Source of the DNA: Mobula hypostoma
Taxonomy: Eukaryota
Assembly: GCF_963921235.1 (NCBI RefSeq)
Contig: NC_086097.1
Coordinates: forward strand, 37,140,001 to 37,204,000
Reading direction: 5' to 3'
Length of the DNA: 64,000 nucleotides
The first letter of the stretch is position 1, and every line of letters starts with the position of its first letter. The translations under genes and the position numbers were made by a program. A model generated the notes under the pieces. That model did not search any database and was not told the DNA's origin. It saw only the letters and a list, made by a program, of their open reading frames with translations. Of the stretch, positions 50,800 through 63,092 are shown one piece after another.

Positions 50800-51260
50800 G
50801 GGGCAGCAGGCTGAGGGTAGCAGACACCAACAGAATCAACAAACACATTCGTAAGGCCAGTGATGTTGTGGGGATGGAACTGGACTCTCTGACAGTGGTG
50901 TCTGAAAAGAGGATGCTGTCTAAGTTGCATGCCATCTTGGACAATGTCTCCCATCCACTACATAATGTACTGGGTGGGCACAGGAGTACATTCAGCCAGA
51001 GACTCATTCCACCGAGATGCAGCACAGAGCGTCATAGAAAGTCATTCCTGCCTGTGGCCATCAAACTTTACAACTCCTCCCTTGGAGGGTCAGACACCCT
51101 GAGCCAATAGGCTGGTCCTGGACTTATTTCATAATTTACTGGCATAATTTACATATTACTATTTAACTATTTATGGTTCTATTACCATTTATTATTTATG
51201 GTGCAACTGTAATGAAAACCAATTTCCCCGGGGATCAATAAAGTATGACTATGACTATAC
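50800..51260 (+). mobile_element. Rex1/Babar-like family B 3' fragment
   Basis: ORF 50868-51110; tail aaagtatgactatgactatac; inserted in a CR1 (50730-50799 / 51262 onward). Confidence 0.9.
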
Positions 51261-51261
51261 T

Positions 51262-52075
51262 TTAAGTAAGTGGGCAAGGGTCTGGCAGATAGAATACAAT
51301 GTTGGTAAATGGGATGTCATCCACTTTGCAAGGAAAAATGGAAGAGCAGATTATTATTTAAACAGTAAAAAAAAAACTGCAGCATACTGCTGTGCAGAAG
51401 GACTTGGGAGTGCTTGTGCAAATTAAGAAGGCAAATGGGATGTGGGCCTTCATTACTAGAGGGATTGAATTTAAGAGCAGGAAGGTTATGTTGCAACTGT
51501 ACAGGGTACTAGTGAGGCCATATTGGAGTACTGCATGCAGTTCCGGTCTCCTTACTTAAGGAAGGATATATTGGCTTTGGAGGTGGTACCGAGGAGGTTC
51601 ACCAGATTGATTCCAAAGATGAGGGGGCTAGACTATAAGGAGAGATCGAGTCACCTGGGACTGTACTCGCTGGAATTCAGAAGAATGAGAGGAGATCTTA
51701 TAGAAACATATAAGATTATGAAAGGGATGGATAAATAGAGACAGGAAAGTTGTTTCCACTGATAGGTGGGATTAGAACTAGGGAACATGGCCTCAAGATC
51801 TGGGGGAGTAGATCTAGGACAGAGATGAGGAGGAACTGCTTTTCCCCGGAGGGTGGTGAATCTGTGGAATTCTCTGCCCAATGAAGCAGTGGAAGCTACC
51901 TCAGTAAATATATTTAAGACAAGGTTGGATAGATTTTTGCATAGTAAGGGAACTAAGGGTTCTGGGGAAAAGGCAGGTAGGTGGAGATGAGTCCATGGCC
52001 TGATCCGCAATGATCTGAATAAATGGTGGAGCAGGCTCGATGGGCCAGATAGCCTACTCCTGCTCCTATTTCTTA
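51262..52075 (+). mobile_element. CR1 3' part (same subfamily as 17961-18800)
   Basis: ORF 51523-51738 EYCMQFRSPYLRKDILALE..RMRGDLIETYKI; ends cctactcctgctcctatttctta. Confidence 0.9.
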
Positions 52076-52352
52076 CATTTTTATTCTAATGGACTGGATA
52101 TACAAGTATTTAGATAGACTGGGACTGATTAAGGATAGCAATATGGCTTTGTTCATGGTAGGCTGTGCCCAACCACCCTTATAGAATTTTTTGAGGAGGT
52201 TATCAGTAAAGTTGATGAAGTAAAGGCAATGGATGTTATCTAGATGGACTTGAGGTTGTTCAAGAAGGTTCAGTTGCTTGGCATTCAGGATGAGGTAGTG
52301 AATTGGATTCGACAATTGTTTCACGGGAGAAGCCAGAGAGTGGTAGCAGTGT

Positions 52353-53215
52353 TCAAAGTACAGTTATTATCAAAGTATGTACACTATATGCAACCTTGAG
52401 ATTCATTACCTTACAGACAGCCACAAAACCCAATAGAACCCATTAAAAAAAGACCATCAAGCACCCAATGTGCAGAAAAAAAAACAATCATGCAAACAAT
52501 AAAAGTAAGCAAATAACATTCAGAACTGAAGTTTATGAAATTGAACCTACAACCACGAAGCCAGTCATCACTCCAACTGATCCAGGAGCTCATTAGCTGC
52601 AGACCACAGGAACAAATAAACCTGGCAGAGCAGCGAGCTGAACACCGGCCTGTCCCTCTCCTTCTGCCCCGAAACCCTGACCTTTTCAGTCTGGCTTGGG
52701 TCTAAATTGGCCAAGCCTCAGGTTGTTCCTCACTCTCGGCCCCGGCCCTATTGCTTTGATACACTCTCGGGCCCAGGCCCCACTGCCTCGATTTGGCCTG
52801 TACCAGACCTTCCCAATCTAGACTGGCATTTAAATCAGCCAAACTTTGCTCGCTCTCAGACCCAGGTCCTGCCACTTCGCCTCTGCCTCACCTCGGTTCT
52901 GCCACATCGAATAGCCTCCAGGTCTGCTTCAGCAGTAGCCAAACACTGGCTCATTCCCTGCTCCCAGGCCCGGGCCCCACCAGCTCAATTTGGCCTGTAC
53001 CTGCCACGCAACAACCATCCTGGATCTTCGAGACTTCAGTTCACACCGCAAAAATGCCTGGTCAAACAGGCAGTACAAAAGTTCAGCTCCGAAAGGGAAG
53101 CTACAGGCTATTGTTTGCAGTGATTGCTTTCAAGAAAAAGTATGACTAAAACAGTAATTTACAGTTTTGCTTGCTGCCAGCATGTCATCACTGTGCTTCA
53201 CCACCGCCATCTTAA
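52353..53215 (-). mobile_element. Non-autonomous element with Rex-like 3' end and GC-rich internal subrepeats
   Basis: Starts ttcaaagtaca.ttattatcaaagtatg (reverse complement of the 48160-48185 tail); internal repeats of aggcccc/ggccc..ctcgatttggcctgtacc. Confidence 0.55.
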
Positions 53216-53252
53216 ATCACAGCAATCAGTGCTGGGTCCATTGTTATTATCG

Positions 53253-54400
53253 TAGAGTCATGGAACATGACAGCATGTAAACTGGCCCTTCAGCCCATCT
53301 AGTCCATGGTGGACAATAGTGGATTCCAGTTAATTGGGCCATCAGTTAATTGGGGAAGCCATTTATTAGGGACAGCTCAAGAACAAAAACTAATCAAGAA
53401 AATAGCCAGGACTCTCTTTGTTTATTTGGGACACTATGCCACTTACTTGGAGCAGGAGACTGGTGCCGAACAGTTTCTAAATTAGCATCAGGTGCATGCA
53501 CTTGCATGGTTATGACAGACAACACTGTGCTTAGACAAACAGTTTTAAATAGTGCCAGATGTATGCACTTGTGTTCAAAAACACTGATTTTTGTCACTGA
53601 TAGTGGCGAGAAATAAGCAGCAAGACAATTCAGAACTGTTTTGCTCACTGTGGTTTTAAGCATTCAGGCTTAGAGATGCCAGAAACAGCCGGGAATGAAA
53701 ATGAAACAATTTCACGACATCAACAAGTTAGAAACTGCAAAGAATTTGAAGACATTGACAATAATCTTGTGTTATAATGGAAAGGACACAGCAGCGTACA
53801 GTGGATAAATTCCGCTATCTATAACTATTAAGAATTAATACACAGCTCGATAGTACTGTAGTACAATTGGAAGTGTTCTAATTTGTTCTAGATTTCATTT
53901 AAAAACATAATTTGTAACACAGTTAAACATTAGCTTTGTCTTTTTTATAACTTAAAAAAGTTATTTCATGAAATTTTAGCTAATTGAGGCAGATGCTTAA
54001 ATGGGTCAAAATGTACTGGTCCCAATGTGTCCCAATTAACTGAAATCCACTGTATTATACTGCCTAATCCCATCAACCTGCACCCAGACCAGAGCCCTCC
54101 ATACCCTCCCATCTATGTACCTATCCAAATTTCCCTCAAATGTTCAGATTTAACCTGTATCCGCTGGCAGCTCTTTCCACACTCTCACCACCCTGAGCGA
54201 AGAAGTTTCTCTTCATGCTCTCCTTAAACATTTTCACCCTTCATCCTTAACTCACGACCTCTAATTCTAGTCTCACCAATCTCAGTGGAAAAAAGCCTGC
54301 TTGCATTTACCTTATGTCTACCCCTCATAATTTTGTACATTTCTATCAATTCTCCCCTCATTCTCCTACGTTCTAGGAAATAAGGTCCTAACTATTAACG
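53253..54400 (-). mobile_element. CR1 3' fragment split by MITE copy 2
   Basis: tagagtcatggaacatgacagca..cagcccatctagtcc resumes at 54053 as tattatactgcctaatcccatc; same family as 5038-5515. Confidence 0.75.
53317..54052. mobile_element. Tc1/mariner-pogo type MITE-like element, copy 2 (inverted relative to 32106-32889)
   Basis: TAGTGGATTCCAGTTAATTGGG ... CCCAATTAACTGAAATCCACTG|TA; the interior is the reverse complement of copy 1. Confidence 0.85.
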
Positions 54401-54594
54401 CAGGTCCCAAGACCAGGCATCTATATCAAACAATGTGGATGATAATGTGGTAAACTGCATCAGCAATTTTATGGCTGACACCAAGACTGCAGGCGTACTA
54501 GACTGCAAGGAAGGCCATCAAAGCTTGCAGTGGGATCTGGACCAGCTGGGAAAATAGGCTGGAAAAGGAGAAATGGAATTTAATGCAGACAAGA

Positions 54595-56640
54595 ATTTAG
54601 ACAGCCAGGCAGAAAGCTGAGAAGCAGGATCTCTGGGGTACTAATTTCTGGATTGCTACCTGTGCCACGCACCAGTGAGGGTAGAAGCAGGATAATATGG
54701 CAGATAAATGCATAGCTGAGAAGCTGGTGTGGGGGGCAGGACTTCAAGTTTTTCGATCATTGGGATCTCTTCTGGGGGAGGTATGACCCATACAAAAGGG
54801 ACAGGTTGTACCTGAACCAGAGGGAGACCAATATGCTCATGCACAGGTTTGTTAGAGCTGTTGGGGAGGGTTTAAACTAATTTGGCAGGGGATGGGAACT
54901 GGAGTGAAGAGGCTCAGGATAGGACGGATGGTTAAAAAAAAAAGCAAAGACAGCATGCAGTCAGACTGTCAGGAAAGGCAGGCAGATGACAGGGCAAAAT
55001 TGCAGCCAGCAGGGTGAGTAACAGTGCATTAGGGAAGCACAATCAAAAAGGGTATCAATACAGTACTCCAAGTGTTATATCTCAATGCACAGAGTATAAT
55101 AAATAAAGTGGATGATCCTGTTGCACTTTTACAGATTGTTGGGTATAATGCTGTGGCCATCACTGTATATTGGCTGAAGGATCATTGTACTTGAGAGCTG
55201 AATGTCCAAGGTTACACATTGTAACAGAGGGATAAAAAGGTAGAGGCGGAGGCGTTGGCATGGCTCTGCTGGTAATGAATGGCATCAAATCATTAGAAAG
55301 ATGTGACATAGGATCGTAAGATATTCAATCCTTGTGGGTTGAGTTAGGAAACAGCAAGAGTAAAAGGACCCTGACGGCAGTTATATACAGGCCTCCAAAC
55401 ACTAGCTGGGATGTAGACTACAGATTACAACAGGAAATAGAAAAGGTGCTTCAAAAGAGCAATGTTATGATAGTCATGTGAGATTTCAACATGCAGGTCA
55501 ATTGGGAAAGTCAGGTTGATAATGAATCTCAAGAGAGTAAATTTGTTGAATGCCTATGAGAAGGTTTTTTTTTAAGAGCAGTTTGATGTTGAGCCTATTA
55601 GGAGATCAGTTATACTGGATTGTGTGTTAAGTAATGAACCGGAGGCAATTAGGGAACTGAAGCTAAAGGAACCCTTAGGAGGCAGTGGTCATAATATGAT
55701 TGAGTTCAACTTGAAATTTGATTGGGCGAAAGCAAAGTCTGACACAGCAGTATTGCAGTGAAGCAAAGGCAATTACAGCAGTATGAGAAAGGAGTTGGCC
55801 AAAGTAAATTGGAAGCAGATGCTGGCAGGGATGACAACAAAGCAGCAATGACTTGAGTTTTTAGGGAAAATGAGGAAGGTGCAGGACAGATGAATTCCAA
55901 AACCAAAGAATTGCTCAAATGGCAAAACAGTACAATCATGGCTGACAAGGGAAGTCAAAGCTCATGTAAAAGTAAAAGAGAAGGCATATAACAAAGCAAA
56001 AATTAGTGGAAAGATAAAGAATTGGGAAGCTTTTAAAAACCTACAGAGAGCAACTAAAAGAATCATTAGGAGGGAAAAGATGAAATATCAAATCAAACTA
56101 ACGAACAATATCAAGATTGATAGAAAAAGCTTTTCCAAGTATATATAAAATAAAAGAGATGAGAATGGATATAGGATAAGAAAATGAGGCTGAAGAAGTA
56201 ATAACAGGGGACAAGGAGATGGCAGATGAACTAAATGAGTATTTTGCATCATTCTTCACCGTGGAAGACACTAGCAGTTTTCAAGGGTGTGAGGGAAGAG
56301 AAATGAGTGCAGTTACTATTACAAGCAAGAAGGTGCTCAAAAAGCTGAAAGACCCAAGGGTACATAAGTAACCCGGACCAAATGAAGTGCAGCCTAGGGT
56401 TCTGAAAGTGGTAGCAGTAGAGATTGTGGAGGCATTAGTAATGCCCTTTCAAGAATCAATGGGCTCAGCATGGTTCCAGAGGAGTGGAAAATTGCAAATG
56501 TCTCTCCATTCTTCAAGAAAGGAGGGAGACAGCAGAAAGGAAATTATAGACCAGTTAGCCTGAACTCAGTGATGGGGAAGATGTTGGAGTCATCCTTAGG
56601 ATGTTAAGGGTGAGGTTATGGTCAGTGTTGGGATCGCTTC
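54595..56640 (+). mobile_element. CR1 LINE including end of ORF1 (SGNH/esterase-like) and 5' part of ORF2, decayed
   Basis: ISGLLPVPR..WCGGQDFKFFDHWDLFWGRYDPYKRDRLYLN..GEGLN, then LYLNAQSI..VAIT..VIYRPP; same family as 35420-37883. Confidence 0.85.
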
Positions 56641-56654
56641 TTCTTATGCTGAAG

Positions 56655-57230
56655 GATTTCAATGAGATCCCCCATCACCCTTCTAAATTCCAGCAAGTAC
56701 AGGCCCAGAGCCATCAAACATTACTCATATAATAACCCTTTCATTCCTGGAATCATCCTTATGAGCCTCCTCTGAACCCTCTCCAATGTCAGCACATCTC
56801 TTCTTAGATAAGGAGCTCAAATCTGTTCACGATACTCAAGTTGATGTCTCACCAGTGCCTTCTAAAGCCTCCCTGCTCTTATATGTCAGGGAAGATTTAT
56901 TTTTATAGAAATCATGCTGACTTTTATCTTATTTTATCATTCATCTCCAAGTACCCAAAAAACTCATCCTTAAGAATGGATTCCAACCACTGAGGTTAGG
57001 CTAACTGGCCTATAATTTCCTCTTTTTTGTCTTCCTCCCTTCTTAAAGAGTCAAGTGACATTTGCAATTTTCCAGTCCTCTGGGACCATGCCAGCATCAA
57101 GTGATTCTTGAAAGATCATGACTATTGCGTCCGTTATCTCTTCAGCAACCTCTTTCTGGACACTGTGATATAGACCATCTGGTCCAGGTATCCACCTTAA
57201 GACCTTTCAGTTTGCCTAGCACTTTTTCAG
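56655..57230 (-). mobile_element. CR1 fragment, internally deleted
   Basis: tttcaatgagatcccc..., actgaggttaggctaactggcctataatttcc (YRPVSLTS on minus). Confidence 0.75.
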
Positions 57231-57594
57231 TTCCAAAAGAATGAATCAGCTCTCCAGCATAGTTGTGAAGAAATACTTTCACCCGGAGGATACTGAATCA
57301 TTGGAATTCTCTACCCAGGAGGGCCGTGGAGACTCATTACTGAGAAGGTTCAACTCAGAGATCAATTTTTTTTAATACTTATATCAGGAGAAACAAGGGA
57401 TAAGAGGGATTGAAATACTAAAAGAGAAGTAGTATACTCGTAACAAAAAGAGGAAAAGGGGGCCACTGAAAGAAAATCTTAAGATAATACTGAAAATGGG
57501 GAATATTTGTTATTTCCCACTCTTCTGCATCCTTTCTAGACCATGAACTAATTTACTCTGTCCAGCCCTGCAGTTGGGGACCTTTCAGACTCAA

Positions 57595-57910
57595 CAGTCA
57601 GAATCTTTTCCCCAGCTAGAAATGTCAAGTTCTGGACAGCATGGTGGGGAAGAGAAGGGGAAAGTTTAAATGAGATGTGTGGGGCAAATATTTTTTGTAC
57701 ATAGAGTGGTAGATGCCTGGAGTGGGCTGCTGGAAGAAATAGCCGATGCAGACAAAATAGTGATATTTAAGAGGTTGTTAGATAGACACATGAATATGCA
57801 GAGAGTGCAGGGCTATGTAGATCACGTACAGGCAGAAGAGAATGAATTTAATTTGGCATTGTGTTTAAAGCAGTCATAATGGGCTGAACAGCTCGTTTCT
57901 GTGCTGTACT
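57595..57910 (+). mobile_element. CR1 3' fragment
   Basis: ORF 57670-57879 FFVHRVVDAWSGL..IFKRLLDRHM. Confidence 0.75.
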
Positions 57911-57917
57911 ATAGTAC

Positions 57918-58110
57918 AGATTCAGAGGAGACTGCAGATGCTGGAATTTGAAGCAACAAACAATCTACTGGAGAAACTCAGCGGATCAAGCAGAATCTGT
58001 GGGAGGAGAGGAAATAACTGCATTTTAAGTTGAAATCTGTATCAGGATACAATTCATTTTCTCCTGCAGATGATGCTCAATCTGTTGAGTTCCTACAACA
58101 GGGTTTGTTG
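57918..58110. mobile_element. Older PLE fold-back insertion
   Basis: ctgcagatgctggaatttgaagcaacaaac..aactcagcggatcaagcag versus tgctcaatctgttgagttcc..tttgttgc; flanked by tgctgtact repeats. Confidence 0.65.
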
Positions 58111-58715
58111 CTGTACTGTTCTATACCATATTTTGATACACATCAACAGGTGAGCTTAAAATACTATTTCACCTCTCAATGTTTCTGTACAGAAATAATA
58201 GCTAAGTAATACTTAGCTACTTCCCACAGCACTGTTGAAAGCATGATCTGATATCACTAACACATAAACAATTTCACACCACAGTAGAAAGAGTGAACCA
58301 GCAACCAAATATTCGTTTGTGGCTGTAATTGTAATAATTGCAATAATAGAGATGACTGTGTGAAACTAGAGTAAAAATTCACGGAACATTGCACCACTAC
58401 AATATAAATATCCATTCACAATTCTACAACATTACCATACTTTGAATTTTACATAAATGGAAACACTAATCAGAGCGGGGGGAAGCAATGCCCTAATCTT
58501 AACTCAACCAATTCAAATGTTGTGCACAAAGCAGGTTTACATTCGTGTAATGTTTTACTTTCGAAGTTGAATATTAATTCTATCCAGCTGTGCGTTCTAC
58601 AGACTCAAAGTAGAAATTAAGACAAGTTCATATTCACAGACTAAGTCCTATGCAACATTGAAAACCATTATTTTGACTACATTTTATACCATATCCAAAG
58701 TATGTAATCTCTTAC

Positions 58716-58841
58716 CATTTTGATGCCAGTAGAGAATGTCACAGGTTTAACTTTCTGTTGTGTTTCTAATTGTGCTTCCAGTTGCACAGCCCGGTCCTTG
58801 TGTTGAGCCAAGAGCATACTAGCGGGCAGCTGGGAACTCTC
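58716..58841 (-). CDS. MNAT1: MNAT1 coding exon (equivalent to human exon 6)
   Basis: tttgtggtAG|GAGAGT...AAAATG|GTAAG; 126 bp, phase 0/0. Translates [42 protein letters not shown], cf. recalled human [42 protein letters not shown]. Confidence 0.97.
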
Positions 58842-59994
58842 CTACCACAAACATTAGTGACAAATTAAAATTTTAGGTGAGAAGGTGAAGAACTGTATTT
58901 TCATTTCCATGTTCAAATTCAGAGATATAAAAAGAATTCAAATCAACAATCCTTTTGTACTTTGCAAATCATATTCAAAATTCTTTTTGACACTAGATTA
59001 GGTTTCCATTAACTCTATTTCACAACTTTTCTTATTATTTATCTGGAATAAGCATGGAGACACATGGATGGCATTCCAAGGCAGTTTTTGGTGTTTCACT
59101 TGAGACATAAAGTTAGAAATTATGTCTCTGGAAATCAAACAAAAAAAAAATCAGAAGATACACCTCTCAATTACACCATCTTCCTCTGAGTAGTGAAGGT
59201 ACCTCCTAAAATGGAGATTTTAAAAAAAGACATTGAAAGCACATTTATTCCTGAGTAGTCGCAGCACTATCTTGTTAATAGTTTCCAATTATAAAGTACA
59301 GGAAGCAAGAACTGTTTCCTGTAAAAGACTGGGGTGTGGAAGTCATAAGTTGCTATGTTAACTCCATAAAAGATCCTCACCAGGGAAGAGTTTGATATCA
59401 AACTATACAAACTAGGCCACAGAATGATTAAAGGAAAAACAAAATGCACAAAATGTGGTTTAATAAGCAATAAATTTAAATATTGACAATCAGTCCTTGT
59501 GTGGCCATGAGTATATATTTCCCACTTTTTAATTTTACTTTAGGTCCATGTTCTAGCCATCATCTTATTGAATGGTGGAGCATAGAGCGGGGCCTAATGT
59601 CTCTTTCTGTATCTCAATCATAAAGAATTCATACAATTTGCAGTTGGATTGCCTTTAGTTCATTATCATATTGATCAATGTGTTTCATCATTTAAACAAC
59701 TTTTTAATTATTCTCTTAGAGCATTTCATGAGGAGACAAGAGGTAAAGGTTTCAAAGTTCTCTGAATGTATAAATGTAATTCAATAGAGACCCACCTGTA
59801 AATACATGAAGCTGGTTCAAGGCTAATTATTATAATCAGAAGGCAACAATGCAGTTGAAACAAAGTTGTCCCAGAGGTGAAAGACAGATGTCCATCCAGC
59901 TAAGGCAACTCACACAAAGGTATTCATATATAACGAGTTAAGAAGAATGACACTAAAATTGCCTTCTTTGTTTAGGGATCAGATCCACACTTAC

Positions 59995-60135
59995 CAGATC
60001 ATCAATGAGGGCTTGCTTATTCTTCTTTTTTGCTAACTGCTGCATTTGTTCTTCCCTCAACAAGAGCATTCGTCTTCGTTCATTCTCTTGCCGTTCAAGT
60101 TCTAAAGTCTCCTCCAAGTCTTCTTGCTCCCGGCT
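59995..60135 (-). CDS. MNAT1: MNAT1 coding exon (equivalent to human exon 5), coiled-coil region
   Basis: Minus strand ttttccattttAG|AGCCGG...GATCTG|GTAAG; 141 bp, phase 0/0. Translates [47 protein letters not shown], aligning with recalled human MAT1 [47 protein letters not shown]. Confidence 0.96.
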
Positions 60136-60160
60136 CTAAAATGGAAAACAGTTGTATTTG

Positions 60161-63092
60161 CTCATTTGCAGACCCCAGTCAGTTCAGATTGGCAACAATA
60201 TCTTGTCCATCAGCACAGGTGTACCACAATGCTGTGTACTTAGCCCCCTGGTCTACTCGCTATACACTTATAACTGTGTGGCCAAGCACAGCTCTAATGC
60301 CATAATTAAGTTTGCTGACGTCACCACTGTCACAGGCCAAATCAAAGGTGGTGACGAATCAGCATATAGCAGGGAGAATGATAATCTGGCAGAGTGGTGC
60401 CACAACAACTTCATTTCAGAGGACCTGTCCTAGACCCAGCATGTATATGCAATTACAAAGAAAGCACAGCAGCATCTCCACTTCATTAGAGGTTTGCAAA
60501 GATTTTGCATTACACCTAATACTTCAACAAACTTCTATAAATGTGTGGTGGAGAGTATATTAACTGGCTACATCACAGCCTAGAATGGATATACAAATGC
60601 CCTTGAAAGGAAAACCCTACAAAAAGTAGTGGATACAGCCCAGTCATTCACAGGTAAAGCTCTTCCCACCATTGAGCATATCTACAAGAAGCCCTGTCGC
60701 AGGAAATCAGCATCCATCATCAGGGATCCCTCACTACCTATGTCATGCTCTCTTCTCACTGCTGTCATCAGGAAGGTGCTACAGGAGTCTCAGGACTCAT
60801 ACCACCAGATTCAAGAACAGTTATTACACCTCACACAAAATGCTGGAGGAACTCAGCAGGCCAGGCAGCATCTATGAAAAAGTACAGACAACTGTTTGGG
60901 CCAAGACCTTTCAGTAGGACTGGAGAAAAAAAGATGAGGAGAAGAGGAGGAAGAAACACAAGGTGACAGGTAAAATCTTGGGGTGGGGGTGAAGTAAAGA
61001 GCTGTTAAGTTGATTAGTGTGATTGGTGAAAGAGATTCAGGGCTGGAGAAGGGGGAATCTAACAGGAGAAGACAGAAGACCATGGAAGAAAGAAAGGGGG
61101 AGGAGCACCAGAGGAAGGTGATGGGTAGGCAAGGAGATAAGGTGAGAGAAGGAAAGGGATTAGGGAATGGTGGAGAAGGGAGGGGAGGAGGCATTACCAG
61201 AAGTTCAAGAAATTGATGACGTTGGAGGCTACCCAGACAGAATACAAGATGTTGTTTCTCCAAACTGACTGTGGCCTCATTGCGACAGTAGAAAAGACCA
61301 TGGATTGATACATCGGAATGGGAATGGGAAGTGGAATTAAAATGGGTGGCTCCTGAGAAATCCCTCTTTTTCTGGCGTTTGCATGGGTCCCAGCTATGCA
61401 CGTCTTTTGTCGGCTACATGCAACAGTCTATGTTCTAAGCCTACACCAGTATCACTCCCCAATTTTTCCTACACTACATTGATAACTGCATTGGGGCTGC
61501 TTCCTACACCCATGCTGATCTCATTGACTTCATCAACCTTGCCTCCAACTTCCACCCTGCCCTCAAACTTATCTGGTCCATTTCTGACACCTCTCTGTCT
61601 CTATCTGAGGAGACAGCTTATCTACTGATGTCTACTATAAACCCACAGACTTTCACAGCTACCAGGACTAAACCTCTTCCCATCCCGGTACTTGTAAAAT
61701 GCCAATCTCTTCTCTTAAATCCTCCATCTCTGCTGCATCTGCTCTGAGGATGCGGCTTTTCATTCCAGAACAAAGATGTCCTCCTTCTTCAAAGAAAGGG
61801 GCTTCCCTTACTCTACCATCAATGCTGCCCTCAACTGCATGTGCACCCTGCCAGGGATAGGGTTCCTCTTGTCCTCAGCCTCCAAGTCTAGCACATAATT
61901 CTCCGTAACTTCCGCCATCACCAACGGGATCCTACCACTGAGCAAATCTTTTCCTCCCCAACTTTTTGCTGTCCGCAGGGATCACTCCCTATGCGACCCC
62001 CTTGTCCACGCGTCCCTCCCCACTGATCGCCCTCCTGACACTTACCCTTGCAAGCGGAACAAGAGCTACACCTACCCCTATACCTCCTCTCTCACTTCAG
62101 GGCCCCAAACAGTCCTTTGAGGTGAGGCAACACTCTACCTGTGAGTCTGTTGGGGTCACATACTGTGTCCTGAGCTCCTGATGTGGCCTCCTGCATATCG
62201 GTGAGACCTGACGTAGATTGGGAGACTGCTTCACCAAGCACCTATGCTTTATCCACCAGAAAAAGCAGGATCTTCCAGTAGCCACCCATTTTAATTCCAC
62301 TTCCCATTCCGATATGTCTGGGTAACCTCCAACCTGATGGCATGAATATTGATTTCTCGAACTTCCGGTAATGGACCCCCATCCCCTTTTCCCTTTCTCA
62401 CCTTATCTCCTTACCTACCCATTGCCTCTCTCTGGTGCTCCTCCCCCTTTTCTTTCTTCCATGGCCCTCTGTCCTCTCCCATTAGATTACCCCTTCTCCA
62501 GCCCTGTACCTCTTTCACCAATCAACCTCCCAGCTCTTTACTTCACACACCTTTCACCTTGTGTTCCTCCTTCCCCACCCCCCCAAACCTTTCAACTCCA
62601 ACTCCTTATCTTTTTCTCTCCAGTCCTGCTGAAGAGTCTCAGCCCGAAACATGGACTATACTCTTTTCCATTAATGTCCATAGATTCTGCCTGATCTACT
62701 GAGTTCCTAAAGCATTTTGTGTGTGTTGTTTGGATTTCCAGCATCTGCAGATTTTCTTGTTAGTCATTACACCTCAATCATCAGGCTCTTGTACCAGAGC
62801 AGATAACTTCACTCGCCCAATCACTGAACTGTTGCCACAACAGTTGCTCACTCTCAAAGACTCTTCATCTTATGTTCTCCATATTTATTACTTACTTATT
62901 TTTCTTTTTTTTTTCTTTCTTTTTGTATTTGTACAGTTTGCTGTCTTTTGCTCACTGGATGTCCACCCCACTGGCCCCGTCTTTCATTGATTCCATTGTG
63001 GTTATTGGATTTTTGAGTATGCTGGCAAGAAAATGAATCTCAGGGTTGTATATGGTGACATATATGTACTTTGATGACAATTTACTTTGAAC
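60161..63092 (+). mobile_element. Rex/Babar-like LINE split by a PLE (pieces 60161-60833 and 62762-63092)
   Basis: LICRPQSVQIG..GVPQCCVLSPLVYSLYT..KFAD; HALFSLLSSGRCYRSLRTHTTRFKNSYY; 3' end gtactttgatgacaatttactttgaac. Confidence 0.85.
60834..62761. mobile_element. PLE with ~550-bp inverted arm (60834-~61380, minus) and RT/GIY-YIG to tail (61381-62761, plus)
   Basis: MGPSYA..YID..YYKPTD..TCESVGVTYC..HIGET. TSD AGTTATTACACCTCA (60819-60833) / AGTCATTACACCTCA (62762-62776). Confidence 0.88.

Larger units (their letters stand above)
49995..54590 (+). mobile_element. Older CR1 LINE fragmented by later insertions (pieces ~49995-50720, 52085-52350, 53222-53252, 54420-54590)
   Basis: KIGPLEDPRGHLYMEPKEMGEIL, DYRPVNL, QYGFVHGR, SVLGPLL, NFMADTK are collinear across the inserts. 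Confidence 0.7.
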
